From positions 14,789 to 78,788 of the forward strand of contig JAKAYT010000001.1 in NCBI GenBank assembly GCA_021826685.1: a DNA stretch of 64,000 nucleotides, written 5' to 3'. A program made the translations under genes and the position numbers. Within the stretch, counting starts at the first letter, position 1; the number at the start of each line of letters is the position of its first letter. The notes under the pieces are model-generated. The model had not been told where the DNA came from, did no database searches, and saw only the letters and a list, made by a program, of their open reading frames with translations. Shown here in pieces: positions 8,041-17,353 of the stretch. The DNA comes from Thermoplasmata archaeon (GTDB lineage Archaea; Thermoplasmatota; Thermoplasmata; Lutacidiplasmatales; UBA184).

Positions 8041-8047
8041 TAGCGAC

Positions 8048-9355
8048 TCACGCGGCGACCGCGCGGTTCGGTTCGGACGAGCCCATGCGCGGAGCGAGTG
8101 CCACTATAATCGCGCCGGCGGAGCAGAAAGCTGCCGATACCTCGAACGCAAGCACCGGGCTGACATAGGTCCAGAGCGCGCCGGCGATCAACGAACCGCA
8201 CAGGATAGCCATCCCTTGGATCAGGCCCAGGCGACCGAACACGCGCCCGGCGAGCCCTTCGGGCACTTGTCGCGAGAGCCAGGCCAGCTCGGCCACCCCT
8301 TGCACTCCGATCTGTATGCCTGCCACCGTGAAGGCGAGGACCCCAATCACGAATGCGAGCATCCCGCTTCCCACATCACCGCCCGCGATCAGGAGAAGAT
8401 CCACGACCACGAAAAGGGCAAAGGAGAGGGCAACGAGGCCGGCGCCCGGAATCCGGTCGGCCCAGTGGCCCGCAGGAAACGGAACGAGCGTATAGACGAC
8501 GTTGTAGAGCAGGTAGATGACGAGGGATGCCGCGACCGCGAGCTCGACCGATCCGCCGGAAGAAGGGAGAAAGGACTCCCCCACCCGAAGGAGCGCTAGC
8601 AGGATGCTGAAGTAACCTAGCCCGAACACCAGCTCAGCGGCGAAGAACCACTGGACCCGGCGAGGCGTCGGAGGGCCACGAGCTCCCGGTAGGCTGGCGC
8701 TCGGGCTCGTCCTACGGGCTCGGTCGTGAACGAAGAGGAGGATCGCGGCCACCGCGGCCGCGCTGGGGATGATTGAGAGGGCGAAGATCAGTCGGAACGA
8801 ATCCGAGAACGCGAGACCGGACCAGAGGAGGACCGCGATGGCGACCACCGTGCCGACGACCGCGCCTAGGGAGTCGAGAGTCTGCTCAATCCCGAACGAC
8901 TTCCCCTTGTGCGCCGCCGATGAGGCGTTGGATACCATCGCTTGCTTGATCGGTTGACGCGTGCCTCGGCCCAGCCATGCGGAGACCCGCAGGATCAAGA
9001 CCTGGGGCCATGCGGTTGCGATCGCCATCAGGGCATGTCCGATGCCGGTGATGGCGTAGCCGACGGCGGCGGTGCGGCGCCGTTGCGGGCTTTGGGCCCA
9101 CAGAGCTCCCGAAACCTCGCTCATGGCACTTTGACCGAACTGAGCAAGTCCGTCGACCAACCCCACGATGAACGGATTGGCAGAGAGGGTGTAGATCAGG
9201 AAGAAAGGGAAGATGGGAAGGACCATCTCGTAGCCCCAATCGGCGAAGAGGCTCGCGAACGAGATCGCCCAGACGTCGCGCGGGATCCGTGGGTCGGCCC
9301 GAGGCGTTCCCGACGCGGCCCGGAGGGGTTCCGAGGGGGGTGGCGAACTGGACAT
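8048..9355 (-). CDS. MFS transporter
   Basis: The 435-aa ORF has about 12 hydrophobic segments. An MFS-like loop, SAWLGRGTRQPIKQAM, lies between TM2 and TM3. Confidence 0.8.
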   Translation of the reverse strand: MSSSPPPSEPLRAASGTPRADPRIPRDVWAISFASLFADWGYEMVLPIFPFFLIYTLSANPFIVGLVDGLAQFGQSAMSEVSGALWAQSPQRRRTAAVGYAITGIGHALMAIATAWPQVLILRVSAWLGRGTRQPIKQAMVSNASSAAHKGKSFGIEQTLDSLGAVVGTVVAIAVLLWSGLAFSDSFRLIFALSIIPSAAAVAAILLFVHDRARRTSPSASLPGARGPPTPRRVQWFFAAELVFGLGYFSILLALLRVGESFLPSSGGSVELAVAASLVIYLLYNVVYTLVPFPAGHWADRIPGAGLVALSFALFVVVDLLLIAGGDVGSGMLAFVIGVLAFTVAGIQIGVQGVAELAWLSRQVPEGLAGRVFGRLGLIQGMAILCGSLIAGALWTYVSPVLAFEVSAAFCSAGAIIVALAPRMGSSEPNRAVAA

Positions 9356-9529
9356 TCAACCACTTCCCGGGGCCCCGATCTGGGGGGCCGATCGTGGATT
9401 TCGTGACGAGTCGACCCGCAAGGGGTGCCGTGGGAATTCCACGCCGGGCTAGGAGTGACACATATATTCCATAGCGCACATCCTTCTCCGTTCACTCCCC
9501 AGTCTAGGGAGGGACGAGGACCGCAGGAG

Positions 9530-10483
9530 ATGATCGGACCCAAGGGCCAGAAGGTCTGGATGGACGGAAAGCTCGTCGATTTCGCCCAGGCGAAAGTGCA
9601 CGTCCTCGCGCACACTTTGCACTACGGGGTGGGAGTCTTCGAGGGGATTCGCGCCTATCCGACGATGGACGGTTCGGCGGCGATCTTCCGCCTCCGTCCG
9701 CACGTGGAACGCTTGATCGAGTCGGCTCGGTTCTACCACATGCCGGTGAACTATAGCCGCGAGGAGATCGAGCAGGCGATCGTCGACACTCAAGCGGCAA
9801 ACGGGATCATCCCGTCGTACATCCGCCCGATCCTCTACCGAGGCGAACCCGGGCTCGGAGTCAAGAATCTCACCGGAAAGGTTTCGCTGTCCATCGGGGT
9901 CATCCCAGCCTCGAAGTACCTCGGAGAGGCGTCCGACGAGGGGGTGCGCGCCAAGATCTCTCCGTTCCACAAGCCGCATTCGCTCGCGGTACCCTCGTTT
10001 GCGAAAGCGACGGGGAACTACCTCAATGGCTACCTCGCGGGAATCGATGCTCAGGAAGATGGCTACGATGAGGCGATCCTCTTGGATGTGCGCGGAAACG
10101 TCGCCGAAGGAACCGGCGAGAATGTCTTCGTCGTTCGAGACGGCGTGCTGTACACCCCGGGCCTCGACTCCGACATCCTGCTGGGGGTGACCCGCGACGC
10201 GGTCATTCAGATCGCTAGAGACCACGGTCGGTCGGTGGTGGAAAAGACGATCTCCGTAAACGAGCTGCTGAGCGCTGACGAGGCGTTCTTCTCGGGAACG
10301 TTCGCCGAGATCGCGCCCATTCGGGAGGTGAGTCATTACCCGATCGGCGGCGGGAAGATCGGTCCCATCACCCGGGAGATCTCGAAGGTGTACTACCGGG
10401 CCGTCCACGGCGAGGAGCCACGCTACGCGAGTTGGCTCACCCGGGTCCCCATGCTGAGCGCGCCCGTCGCTCGCGGCAAGTAG
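9530..10483 (+). CDS. ilvE: Branched-chain amino acid aminotransferase
   Basis: KVWMDGKLV...HVLAHTLHYGVGVFEGIRAY and the ...EGTGENVF... region are typical of class IV aminotransferases. I chose the ATG at 9530 rather than the ORF-track start at 9425. Confidence 0.9.
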   Translation: MIGPKGQKVWMDGKLVDFAQAKVHVLAHTLHYGVGVFEGIRAYPTMDGSAAIFRLRPHVERLIESARFYHMPVNYSREEIEQAIVDTQAANGIIPSYIRPILYRGEPGLGVKNLTGKVSLSIGVIPASKYLGEASDEGVRAKISPFHKPHSLAVPSFAKATGNYLNGYLAGIDAQEDGYDEAILLDVRGNVAEGTGENVFVVRDGVLYTPGLDSDILLGVTRDAVIQIARDHGRSVVEKTISVNELLSADEAFFSGTFAEIAPIREVSHYPIGGGKIGPITREISKVYYRAVHGEEPRYASWLTRVPMLSAPVARGK

Positions 10484-10497
10484 GCCCGCGCCCTCCC

Positions 10498-10824
10498 ATG
10501 CCGTTCCCCGAGTCCATCCACGCGCTGCCGAAGGCGAGCCTTCTTGGAGTGGACGTCTACGTTCACGACGACGGGAAGTCGCAAGTGCTGTTCATGGAGC
10601 TTCCGGCGCATCGCCCGGAGATCCTGGTCCCGACCCACACCCACGATGTCGAGTGGGGGATCGTCGTCGAAGGAGAGATCGAGATTACCGTGAACGGCCG
10701 GGCCGAACGGCACGGACCTGGCGAGACGCATCTCATCCCCGCCCAAGCACCGCACAGCATCCGGTTCACACCGGGGACCTCGAGCGTGCACCATATCGTC
10801 GGGCAGCGAGTGAAGATTGCCTAA
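10498..10824 (+). CDS. Cupin domain protein
   Basis: About 108 aa, with the His-rich cupin motif PTHTHDVEWGIVVEGE followed by GETHLIPAQAPH. Confidence 0.7.
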   Translation: MPFPESIHALPKASLLGVDVYVHDDGKSQVLFMELPAHRPEILVPTHTHDVEWGIVVEGEIEITVNGRAERHGPGETHLIPAQAPHSIRFTPGTSSVHHIVGQRVKIA

Positions 10825-11243
10825 TCGGCCGATCGCCCGGGCAGACAAGGCGCCTGGTCCAACGCATGGGCCGATGGGTCCGGCCGCCAGACGAGCTCGA
10901 TCTTGATCCCCGCCGGTCCTCGAAGGTAGAGCGACCGGGAGTCTTGGCGCTCCTTCTCGCCGGTGATCACGACACGAGCCCGTTGGACCCGGCTCTTGAG
11001 ACCGGTCCACTCGCTCACGCGTAGCGCGATGTGATCAACCCCCCCGACGGGCTCGCCGTCCTTGGCCAAATGCAGCCCGAGTACCTGGTCGCCGAAGAGG
11101 AGATACGTATGGTCTTCCGCATCGCCGAGGACTTCCATGCCGAGTTGCTCCACGAAGAACCGACGCGCCTTGGCAAGATCCCGGACGCGCAGATCGACGT
11201 GGTCGAACCCGACGAGCCCGAACTCGCGGGGAGGGGATTTCAT
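10821..11243 (-). CDS. Glyoxalase/VOC family protein
   Basis: From Met92 of the ORF-track entry it reads FDHVDLRVRDLAKARRFFVEQLGMEV...VDHIALRV, the typical VOC pattern. The upstream 91 codons are R-rich and were rejected. Confidence 0.75.
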   Translation of the reverse strand: MKSPPREFGLVGFDHVDLRVRDLAKARRFFVEQLGMEVLGDAEDHTYLLFGDQVLGLHLAKDGEPVGGVDHIALRVSEWTGLKSRVQRARVVITGEKERQDSRSLYLRGPAGIKIELVWRPDPSAHALDQAPCLPGRSAD

Positions 11244-11571
11244 TCGGCCCACTACTCTCCGGCGCGCCGAACGCGGCTGCCTATTTGGCGGTGCCCACCG
11301 GCGCTCTGCCCAACAGTGCCCGACCGAGTCCGTTGGCGCTCCGAGTGCGCCGCTCGACCGGCGAGCCATCCATCGGTAACCTCTACCTTCCCTTGATGAT
11401 CGCTCCCCGCATCCGGGTCGCGGCGGGCGCATGCGGAGGCGGGTGGAAGAGTACTCGAACAATGGTCGCCCTCCCACCGGGCGCCATCTCGGGGCCCGCC
11501 GCGATCCGAGGCCCATGCGCCGCTGCCGGGTCTCGGGGTCGGGTAGGGACGCGGGCGGCCCTCGCGAGCGG

Positions 11572-12723
11572 CTACGCCGATGGCGATCGCCAGATGCGCC
11601 GGGCCGCGGTCCTTAGCAAAAGCTCGGTCGAACCATGCGCGATCGGCCCGCTGCGCACGTCCCGCCATCGTTGCTCGTGGATGAGCTCCTGAGAATAACC
11701 GGCTCCTCCGCTGAACTGGATCGCGTGATCGATGGTCCTCAAGGCGATGCGGGTGGCCATCGTCTTGGCGAGAGCCGCGTCCTGGTCGACTCGCTCCCCC
11801 CGATCCATCCGCTCGAGGGTACGTTCGGCGTAGAGACGCGTCGCCTCGAGCTCGGCCCAGTCCTCCACGAGAGGGAACCCCACCGCCTCGTGCTCGGCCA
11901 ACGGTCGACCGAAAACCCGGCGTTGACCCACCCGCGCTACGACCTCCTCCCACGAGGCCCGGGCCACCCCGAGGTAGATCGTCGCGAGCAGCGCTCGTTC
12001 CCGGTCGAGTTCCGGCAGGACGTAGTTGAGGGCCGCTCCCTCCTCCCCGATGCGGAAGGCAAAGTCCACGGCGACCCGGTCGTATCGCACTCGCCCCCGG
12101 CGCATCCAATGCTCTCCGAGATCGGGCACGAGCTCTCTCTGGACTCCTCGGAGCTCTTGAGAGACCAAGAACGCGGTTAGCTCTCCCTTCGCTCCTCCGG
12201 AGGGGACTCGGGCATACACGATCGCCCATGCCGCATCGAGAGCGAACGCGGCCTCGCTCTTCGTCCCGGTGAGGAGATACCCGGTCGCCGTCGGCTCGGC
12301 CGTCGTCGCAAGGGCCCGGAGATCCGATCCCGCCTCCGGCTCGGTGAGATGATTCCCGATGAGGACCTCTCCGCGGACCAAGGGTCGATAGTACGTTTCC
12401 ACCAGCTCCTTCGAGCCGTGTTCTCCCAACACGCTCGCGAAGCCGGGCTGGAGGCTGAGCTTCGCGAACGTCGTTCCCGCGCGGTAGGCCAGTCGGTAGA
12501 GGAGGCGGCCCGCGCGGGCCAAGGGTAAGCCCCGCCCGCCGTCCTCCCGGGGGCGGTCCAAACCGAGCCAACCGTGCTGACCCATCGCCCGGAACTCGGA
12601 CGCGGGAAACTCCGGGGACCGGTCGAGTTCGCGATAGCGCTCGGCCAAGCGACGGGCTCGCACGAACGAGTCGAGCTCCTCGCCGAGAGGATCCTCCGGT
12701 AGCTCGGGAAGAGTCGCGTTCAT
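11572..12723 (-). CDS. Acyl-CoA dehydrogenase family protein
   Basis: About 383 aa from MNATLPE. TEPEAGSD and the C-terminal GGAGYSQE...RWRDVRSGPIAHGSTELL match the ACAD pattern. The start overlaps the upstream gene's stop by 4 nt. Confidence 0.85.
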   Translation of the reverse strand: MNATLPELPEDPLGEELDSFVRARRLAERYRELDRSPEFPASEFRAMGQHGWLGLDRPREDGGRGLPLARAGRLLYRLAYRAGTTFAKLSLQPGFASVLGEHGSKELVETYYRPLVRGEVLIGNHLTEPEAGSDLRALATTAEPTATGYLLTGTKSEAAFALDAAWAIVYARVPSGGAKGELTAFLVSQELRGVQRELVPDLGEHWMRRGRVRYDRVAVDFAFRIGEEGAALNYVLPELDRERALLATIYLGVARASWEEVVARVGQRRVFGRPLAEHEAVGFPLVEDWAELEATRLYAERTLERMDRGERVDQDAALAKTMATRIALRTIDHAIQFSGGAGYSQELIHEQRWRDVRSGPIAHGSTELLLRTAARRIWRSPSA

Positions 12724-14027
12724 GGGGGAAGGGTCCTCCGCTCGGATCCGACGAGATCCGACGGTCGATCCTCGCCCAGCGCCCCGCTCGCGGCCAGCGC
12801 ATCGATCTGAGCGTCCGAGTATCCCAAGACCCGCGAGAGGATGGCGCGATTGTCCTGCCCGAGCCATGGAGCGCCCCGCCAGATCCGCCCCGGTGTTCCG
12901 GTGAATTTCGGCGCGATCCCCGGACCCCGGACCTTCCCCGCTACCGGATCCTCCCAGTCGATGATCATCTCGCGCTGTTGGTAGTGTGGATCGTGGGCGA
13001 TATCGGCGATGTCGTAGACGCGGACCAAAGCAACGTCGTTCTCGCGCGCGACCCGCTCGAGCTCGTCCCGGCTCCGCGACGCGCAAAAGTCCGCGATGGC
13101 TCGATCTATCGGCCCGCGATGCGCCAGCCGGTAGGAGACGTCGTCGAACCGCGCGTCGTCGAAGCCGATCATGCGCTTCAAGCGCGCGTAGGCGTCCGCG
13201 TTCGGCGCCGCGACCACCACCCACCCGTCCTTCGCGCGGTGAACATCGTAGGGATGGAGGCGGGAGTGCGCGGAGCCGTGCCGCCCACGGACCACACCGC
13301 GCGCGAAGTAATCCAGGGCAAAGTTTTCGAGCAGGGTGAAGAGGATCTCATACTGCGCGACATCGATCGTCTGCCCGACGCCCGTCCGTAACGAGGAGAC
13401 GTAGCCCATCGCCGCGGCCCCGGCGGCCGCGAGTCCGGTGACGGTGTCGTTGAGCGCGGTCCCCGATCGGGTGGGGGGTGACGGATCCGGGTCGCCTTGC
13501 AACGAGAGGAACCCGCTGAACGCCTGGCCGGTGAGATCGTAGGAAGGGGCGTTCACCCGCTCGGGGACCCCGTTCTGTCCGTACCCGGAAACGTGAACGA
13601 TCGTCAGCCGAGGGTTCGCTTGGTGGACCTCGGCGTCGGAAAGACCCAGGCGGTCATAGGTCCCGGGTCGGGACGACTCGATCCAGATGTCGGCCTGCCG
13701 GGTCAGGTCGAGGAAGACCGCCCGTCCCTCGGGCCGGCGGAGGTCCAATCCGACGGAAAGCTTGTTGCGCGAGTACTGGATCCAGGACTCTGAAACTTGC
13801 TCGGAGGGGGGCCGTCCTTCGGGAAGCAGGGGAGTAAGGGTCCGGGTCGGATCGGCATACGGACGTTCGAACGGCGGGACCTCGACGTGGATGACCTCGG
13901 CTCCGAACTCGGCCAGGTACCCCGCGGCCCAAGGCCCGGCCACGAACCGCGAGGAATCGATCACGCGCACTCCGGCGAGGGGACCGAAGTCGGGGACCAC
14001 GGCGGGTGCACGCGATAGAGAGGTCAT
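12720..14027 (-). CDS. Family III CoA-transferase (CaiB/BaiF-like)
   Basis: From MTSLSRAP it reads GVRVIDSSRFVAGPWAAGYLAEFGAEVIHVE, the family III N-terminal signature. An ATTTTTAT box lies about 28 nt upstream, so the mRNA is probably leaderless. Confidence 0.9.
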   Translation of the reverse strand: MTSLSRAPAVVPDFGPLAGVRVIDSSRFVAGPWAAGYLAEFGAEVIHVEVPPFERPYADPTRTLTPLLPEGRPPSEQVSESWIQYSRNKLSVGLDLRRPEGRAVFLDLTRQADIWIESSRPGTYDRLGLSDAEVHQANPRLTIVHVSGYGQNGVPERVNAPSYDLTGQAFSGFLSLQGDPDPSPPTRSGTALNDTVTGLAAAGAAAMGYVSSLRTGVGQTIDVAQYEILFTLLENFALDYFARGVVRGRHGSAHSRLHPYDVHRAKDGWVVVAAPNADAYARLKRMIGFDDARFDDVSYRLAHRGPIDRAIADFCASRSRDELERVARENDVALVRVYDIADIAHDPHYQQREMIIDWEDPVAGKVRGPGIAPKFTGTPGRIWRGAPWLGQDNRAILSRVLGYSDAQIDALAASGALGEDRPSDLVGSERRTLPP

Positions 14028-14051
14028 CGTTCCCGACCCGCGACATTCTCC

Positions 14052-14094
14052 ATAAAAATCAGGGTTCACCGCGAAACCTTTTGACCCAAATAGG
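14052..14094. promoter_or_regulatory. Divergent promoter pair (ATAAAAAT 14052-14059 for the minus gene; CAAATAGG 14087-14094 for the plus gene)
   Basis: Each A/T box lies 24-28 nt from the start codon it faces (14027 and 14115). Confidence 0.55.
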
Positions 14095-14114
14095 ACCGGC
14101 CCCTCGGCTGGGCC

Positions 14115-14840
14115 ATGTCGGAAGCGCCGTGGATCCGTTTTGAAGGCGAGAAGTTCCGGGACGAGCTGACCCGTTACAAGCTTGCGAACCACCCGTTCCA
14201 GACCCACCCCTTCTTCCAGAGGCTCGAGCGCGGGACGATCCCACGTCCGGTCGTCGAGGCGTGGGTCACGCAGTTCTACCCTTGGCTCGCGTGCGTTCCC
14301 ATCGCGATGGCGGAACGGTTCTCGAACTGCTCTTGGGCTCCGAGCAATGATCGCTACCGCCGGATGATCCTGGACCAGCTGGTCGAGGAGGCCGGAGACC
14401 CGAAGGGCAAGGAACCGGGACATCCGGAGCTGTGGCTACGGTTCTGCGAGGGGCTCGGCATGAAGCGAGCCGATGTGCAGGGAGCACGCCTTCTCCCGAG
14501 CACCCTGGTCGCGATCGACGACTTTCTCTACACGAACCGAGAGAACCCGTTCTACGTCTCCGCCGCCGGCTCGTCCGAGCCTCCGAACGTAGAGCTCTGC
14601 GAACGCCTGCTACCCGCCTTCCGTACGCACTATCACGTTCCGGAAGAGAATCTGGAGTACTACCGCTTGCACGTAACGGCCGATGTCGAACACAGCCGTT
14701 GGATCGGGGAAATCGTCGCCGGGTTCGCAACCACCCCCGAGGTCCGCGAGAAGATGTGGGACCAGATGCTCCGGGGATTCTCCATCCATGCTCTCATCGT
14801 CGATGGAGTTCTTGCCGCAACGAACGGGCATCCCACCTAG
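14115..14840 (+). CDS. TenA/PqqC-like (heme-oxygenase-fold) protein
   Basis: The 241-aa ORF reads HPFFQRLERGTIP...VTQFYPW...LEYYRLHVTADVEH, which resembles the PqqC/TenA helical family. The assignment comes from pattern memory only. Confidence 0.55.
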   Translation: MSEAPWIRFEGEKFRDELTRYKLANHPFQTHPFFQRLERGTIPRPVVEAWVTQFYPWLACVPIAMAERFSNCSWAPSNDRYRRMILDQLVEEAGDPKGKEPGHPELWLRFCEGLGMKRADVQGARLLPSTLVAIDDFLYTNRENPFYVSAAGSSEPPNVELCERLLPAFRTHYHVPEENLEYYRLHVTADVEHSRWIGEIVAGFATTPEVREKMWDQMLRGFSIHALIVDGVLAATNGHPT

Positions 14841-14946
14841 CGCCGCCTTCGCCCCGCAGACCGGTCGGCCCTGAGCCCCCGTCTCTGCTCCCGCCTCCGG
14901 TACTCACGGCGTGAGCGGTGAAATAGGGCCCGGTCGTAACGGGGCC

Positions 14947-15747
14947 ATGTCCGGTCCCGAGTTCGCTCCGGCGGCGTACGTTCAGCTCACCCAGGCGCTG
15001 GTCGCGCACGAGCTGGTCCATTCCTTCGGTATTTCGGAGCGCGAAGCGGCCGACCTCTTGGGTCTCGTACCGTCGGCCGTGTCCCAGTATCTCTCCGGGA
15101 AGCGCTTGCGCTCGAAGCTCGCCGCCATCAGCACCCGGGACGACGCCCGCCGGATCGCTCGAGGGATCGCCCAGGAGCTGCTCGCCACCGACCATCCCCG
15201 GGAATTTTCGCCCGGGCTCGTTCTCGAAGGAGCGCGTGAGATCGCCGGAGCGTCCGGACGTTCTCCCATGCCGCCTCCGCCCACCCACGCCCCGGAGCCC
15301 GTCGATCGGCAGGTCATCGCATTCCTCAGCCGGCGGGTCGCTCTCGAGCATACCGCGGTCGCGGACTGCATGCGTCTCGCGCAGAAATCCCGCGACGAAC
15401 TGACGCGGGCGATCTTCCGCCAGATCGCATCCGACAGCTTGCGCCACGCCGAGATCGTTGCTTCCCTCGTGAGCTATCTCGACCGGGGCCTGATCGCCAC
15501 GACCGCGACCGGCGTGACGCGCTCGGACATCGAGCGCCTGATCCGGAAGGAGAAGGTCGCGGAGTCCGGCACGCTGCCCGGCCTCGCCCGCCAGTTGGGA
15601 GGGGTGATGGGCCTTCTGTGGGAGAGCATGGAGTCGGACGAGCGTAAGCACGAGATCCTGCTCAAGCACCTGCTGACGGCGGGACTCGGGCCGTCGGAGG
15701 CCCCCGCGCGGTCATCGGCCCGTCGGTCGGGCCGGCGCCGTGGCTAG
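14947..15747 (+). CDS. HTH DNA-binding domain fused to a ferritin/rubrerythrin-like four-helix domain
   Basis: The N-terminus FGISEREAADLLGLVPSAVSQYLSGKR is an HTH. The C-terminus has paired E..H-type helices (LEHTAVADC...SLRHAEIV...ESDERKHEILLKHL). A GAAATAGG box lies 24 nt upstream of ATG 14947. Confidence 0.5.
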   Translation: MSGPEFAPAAYVQLTQALVAHELVHSFGISEREAADLLGLVPSAVSQYLSGKRLRSKLAAISTRDDARRIARGIAQELLATDHPREFSPGLVLEGAREIAGASGRSPMPPPPTHAPEPVDRQVIAFLSRRVALEHTAVADCMRLAQKSRDELTRAIFRQIASDSLRHAEIVASLVSYLDRGLIATTATGVTRSDIERLIRKEKVAESGTLPGLARQLGGVMGLLWESMESDERKHEILLKHLLTAGLGPSEAPARSSARRSGRRRG

Positions 15748-16808
15748 GGCCGGATCCGCTCGAGCTCGAGGTACCGTACGGACCGGTCGGGGCGAACGCC
15801 CGCGAGCAAGAACTCCTTTCGGACTCCCTGAGCGACGCGCACGCCTCCCGAGACCTCGGGCCACGCCGAGACGAAACGATCGGGAGCGGCCCGTACGAGA
15901 TAGCGCGCGTGCGCGTTGTCCGGATTGTGGAGGTAGGCTCGGAAATGGGCCCCGTACTTGAACCCCGTCTTGACGACCAATCCCCGACGGCGCAGGTCCT
16001 CGTACGCCGACAGGCGCTCCCGGAACATCGGATCGAGCTCCCGAGCCCGACGTTCGAGGAACACGAGCGAGACGGCCCTTCCGGTGGAGCCCTGGACGAG
16101 GGAAAGCTGGTGGGTGCGCACGAGGTACGCGGACTCGATCAGGCTGAGTTCGAGACGGGCTCCGACGCGGCTGCCGTACGCCCCGAGCCGGCTGAGTTCC
16201 TCGACCGCCGCCGGATCATGCACGACGACCCGGTCGTGCCCGAGCGTGCCGACAGCGGGGGAGGGGAGTCCGCGGGGGAGCAGCGAGCCGTTGGGAGCGG
16301 GCCGGCGGACCCGGTAGTACGTGAGATCGGACTCCTCGTCGACCACCCCGATCAACAGCGACTTCTTCGCGCTCCGCGCGCGTTCGGCGAGCTCGAACAA
16401 ACGCCCCAGGTCGAACGGAGCGCGTTCGCTGATCGCCTCGACCCAGAACTTCGATGGGGTCTTGTTCAGCACACCGCCTCGCGGCAGAACGGCGAATGCC
16501 ACGGGCGGAGGATTCGACCGGACCACGTACCCGCGCTGGCGAAGGTCCCGGTAGACGAGGTAGCGAACCCCGAACCCGGGATCCTTTCGCGCCGCGCGCC
16601 GGAACAGCTCGGTCCAAAGGACCGGGCGATCTCGAGCTCCGACTACCTCGACCCGGCCCATTTCGGCGAGATAGACCGCGTCATAGCGGTCAAGCGTCAG
16701 TGCGCCGCCGGTCTCGAGAGTTCCGAAGTAACCTTTCGCATGGATCGCGCTGGCTTCGGCCGGGTCCCGGACGCGCGCCGATCCGTCCGGGCCTGCCGTT
16801 GCGCTCAC
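15744..16808 (-). CDS. endA: tRNA-splicing endonuclease, two-unit single-polypeptide (homodimeric) type
   Basis: The C-terminal unit has FKYGAHFRAY...HARYLV...GVRKEFLLA, carrying the catalytic Tyr/His/Lys. The N-terminal unit is a degenerate copy (RYLVYRDLRQRGYVV). Total length is 354 aa. Confidence 0.85.
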   Translation of the reverse strand: MSATAGPDGSARVRDPAEASAIHAKGYFGTLETGGALTLDRYDAVYLAEMGRVEVVGARDRPVLWTELFRRAARKDPGFGVRYLVYRDLRQRGYVVRSNPPPVAFAVLPRGGVLNKTPSKFWVEAISERAPFDLGRLFELAERARSAKKSLLIGVVDEESDLTYYRVRRPAPNGSLLPRGLPSPAVGTLGHDRVVVHDPAAVEELSRLGAYGSRVGARLELSLIESAYLVRTHQLSLVQGSTGRAVSLVFLERRARELDPMFRERLSAYEDLRRRGLVVKTGFKYGAHFRAYLHNPDNAHARYLVRAAPDRFVSAWPEVSGGVRVAQGVRKEFLLAGVRPDRSVRYLELERIRP

Positions 16809-17353
16809 GCGCGGGCTCCGCGCACCTGCGTCAGCGAGGCGAGGGCGGTCAAGCGAACCCCCACGGACGCGAGCTTCTCTCGCGCGCCCTGCTCCCGGTC
16901 GACCACGACGAGCGCGCGGTCGACCCGTGCGCCCGCCGCTCGGAGCACCTCGATCGACTCGATCGCGCTTCCTCCGGTCGTGGAGACGTCCTCAATCAGC
17001 AGTACCCGGGATCCGGGCGGGACCTCTCCTTCGTAGCGCAGACGCGTCCCATGCTCCTTCGCGGTCTTCCGGATCACGATCAGAGGCCGATGGACCAGGA
17101 GGGCGGTCGCCACGACCAGCGGGACCGCGCCCAGCTCCATTCCGGCCAAGCGATCGGCGTCCCCCACGTGAGGGGCCAAGCCCTGGGCGATGCGTTCGAG
17201 CCGGACCGGATCGGTCCACGCCTTCTTCACATCCACATAGACATCCGATCTCTGGCCGCTCGCGAGCGTGAAATCGCCGAAGCGAACGGCTCCGGCGTCG
17301 ATCAGGAGCCGCGCGATCTCCGCGGTGGTGGGCGGTTCGGAGGAGGTCACCAT
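16805..17353 (-). CDS. pyrE: Orotate phosphoribosyltransferase
   Basis: About 182 aa from MVTSSEPP. It has the PRPP motif VLLIEDVSTTGGS and overlaps both neighbours by 4 and 7 nt. Confidence 0.9.
   Translation of the reverse strand: MVTSSEPPTTAEIARLLIDAGAVRFGDFTLASGQRSDVYVDVKKAWTDPVRLERIAQGLAPHVGDADRLAGMELGAVPLVVATALLVHRPLIVIRKTAKEHGTRLRYEGEVPPGSRVLLIEDVSTTGGSAIESIEVLRAAGARVDRALVVVDREQGAREKLASVGVRLTALASLTQVRGARA

Noticed and set aside
11393-11398. TGATGA (C-box-like) in the 328-bp spacer between the VOC and ACAD genes
   Set aside because: There is no CTGA D box at the expected distance and no terminal stem. A single hexamer is expected by chance.
11252-12802. 516-aa minus ORF; similar long ORFs at 19572-21176 (534 aa), 61693-63204 (503 aa), 144-1076, 38358-39335 and 30346-31485
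   Set aside because: All are R/G/P/S-rich and lie in alternative frames of, or opposite to, genes with recognisable conserved motifs. None shows a family signature.
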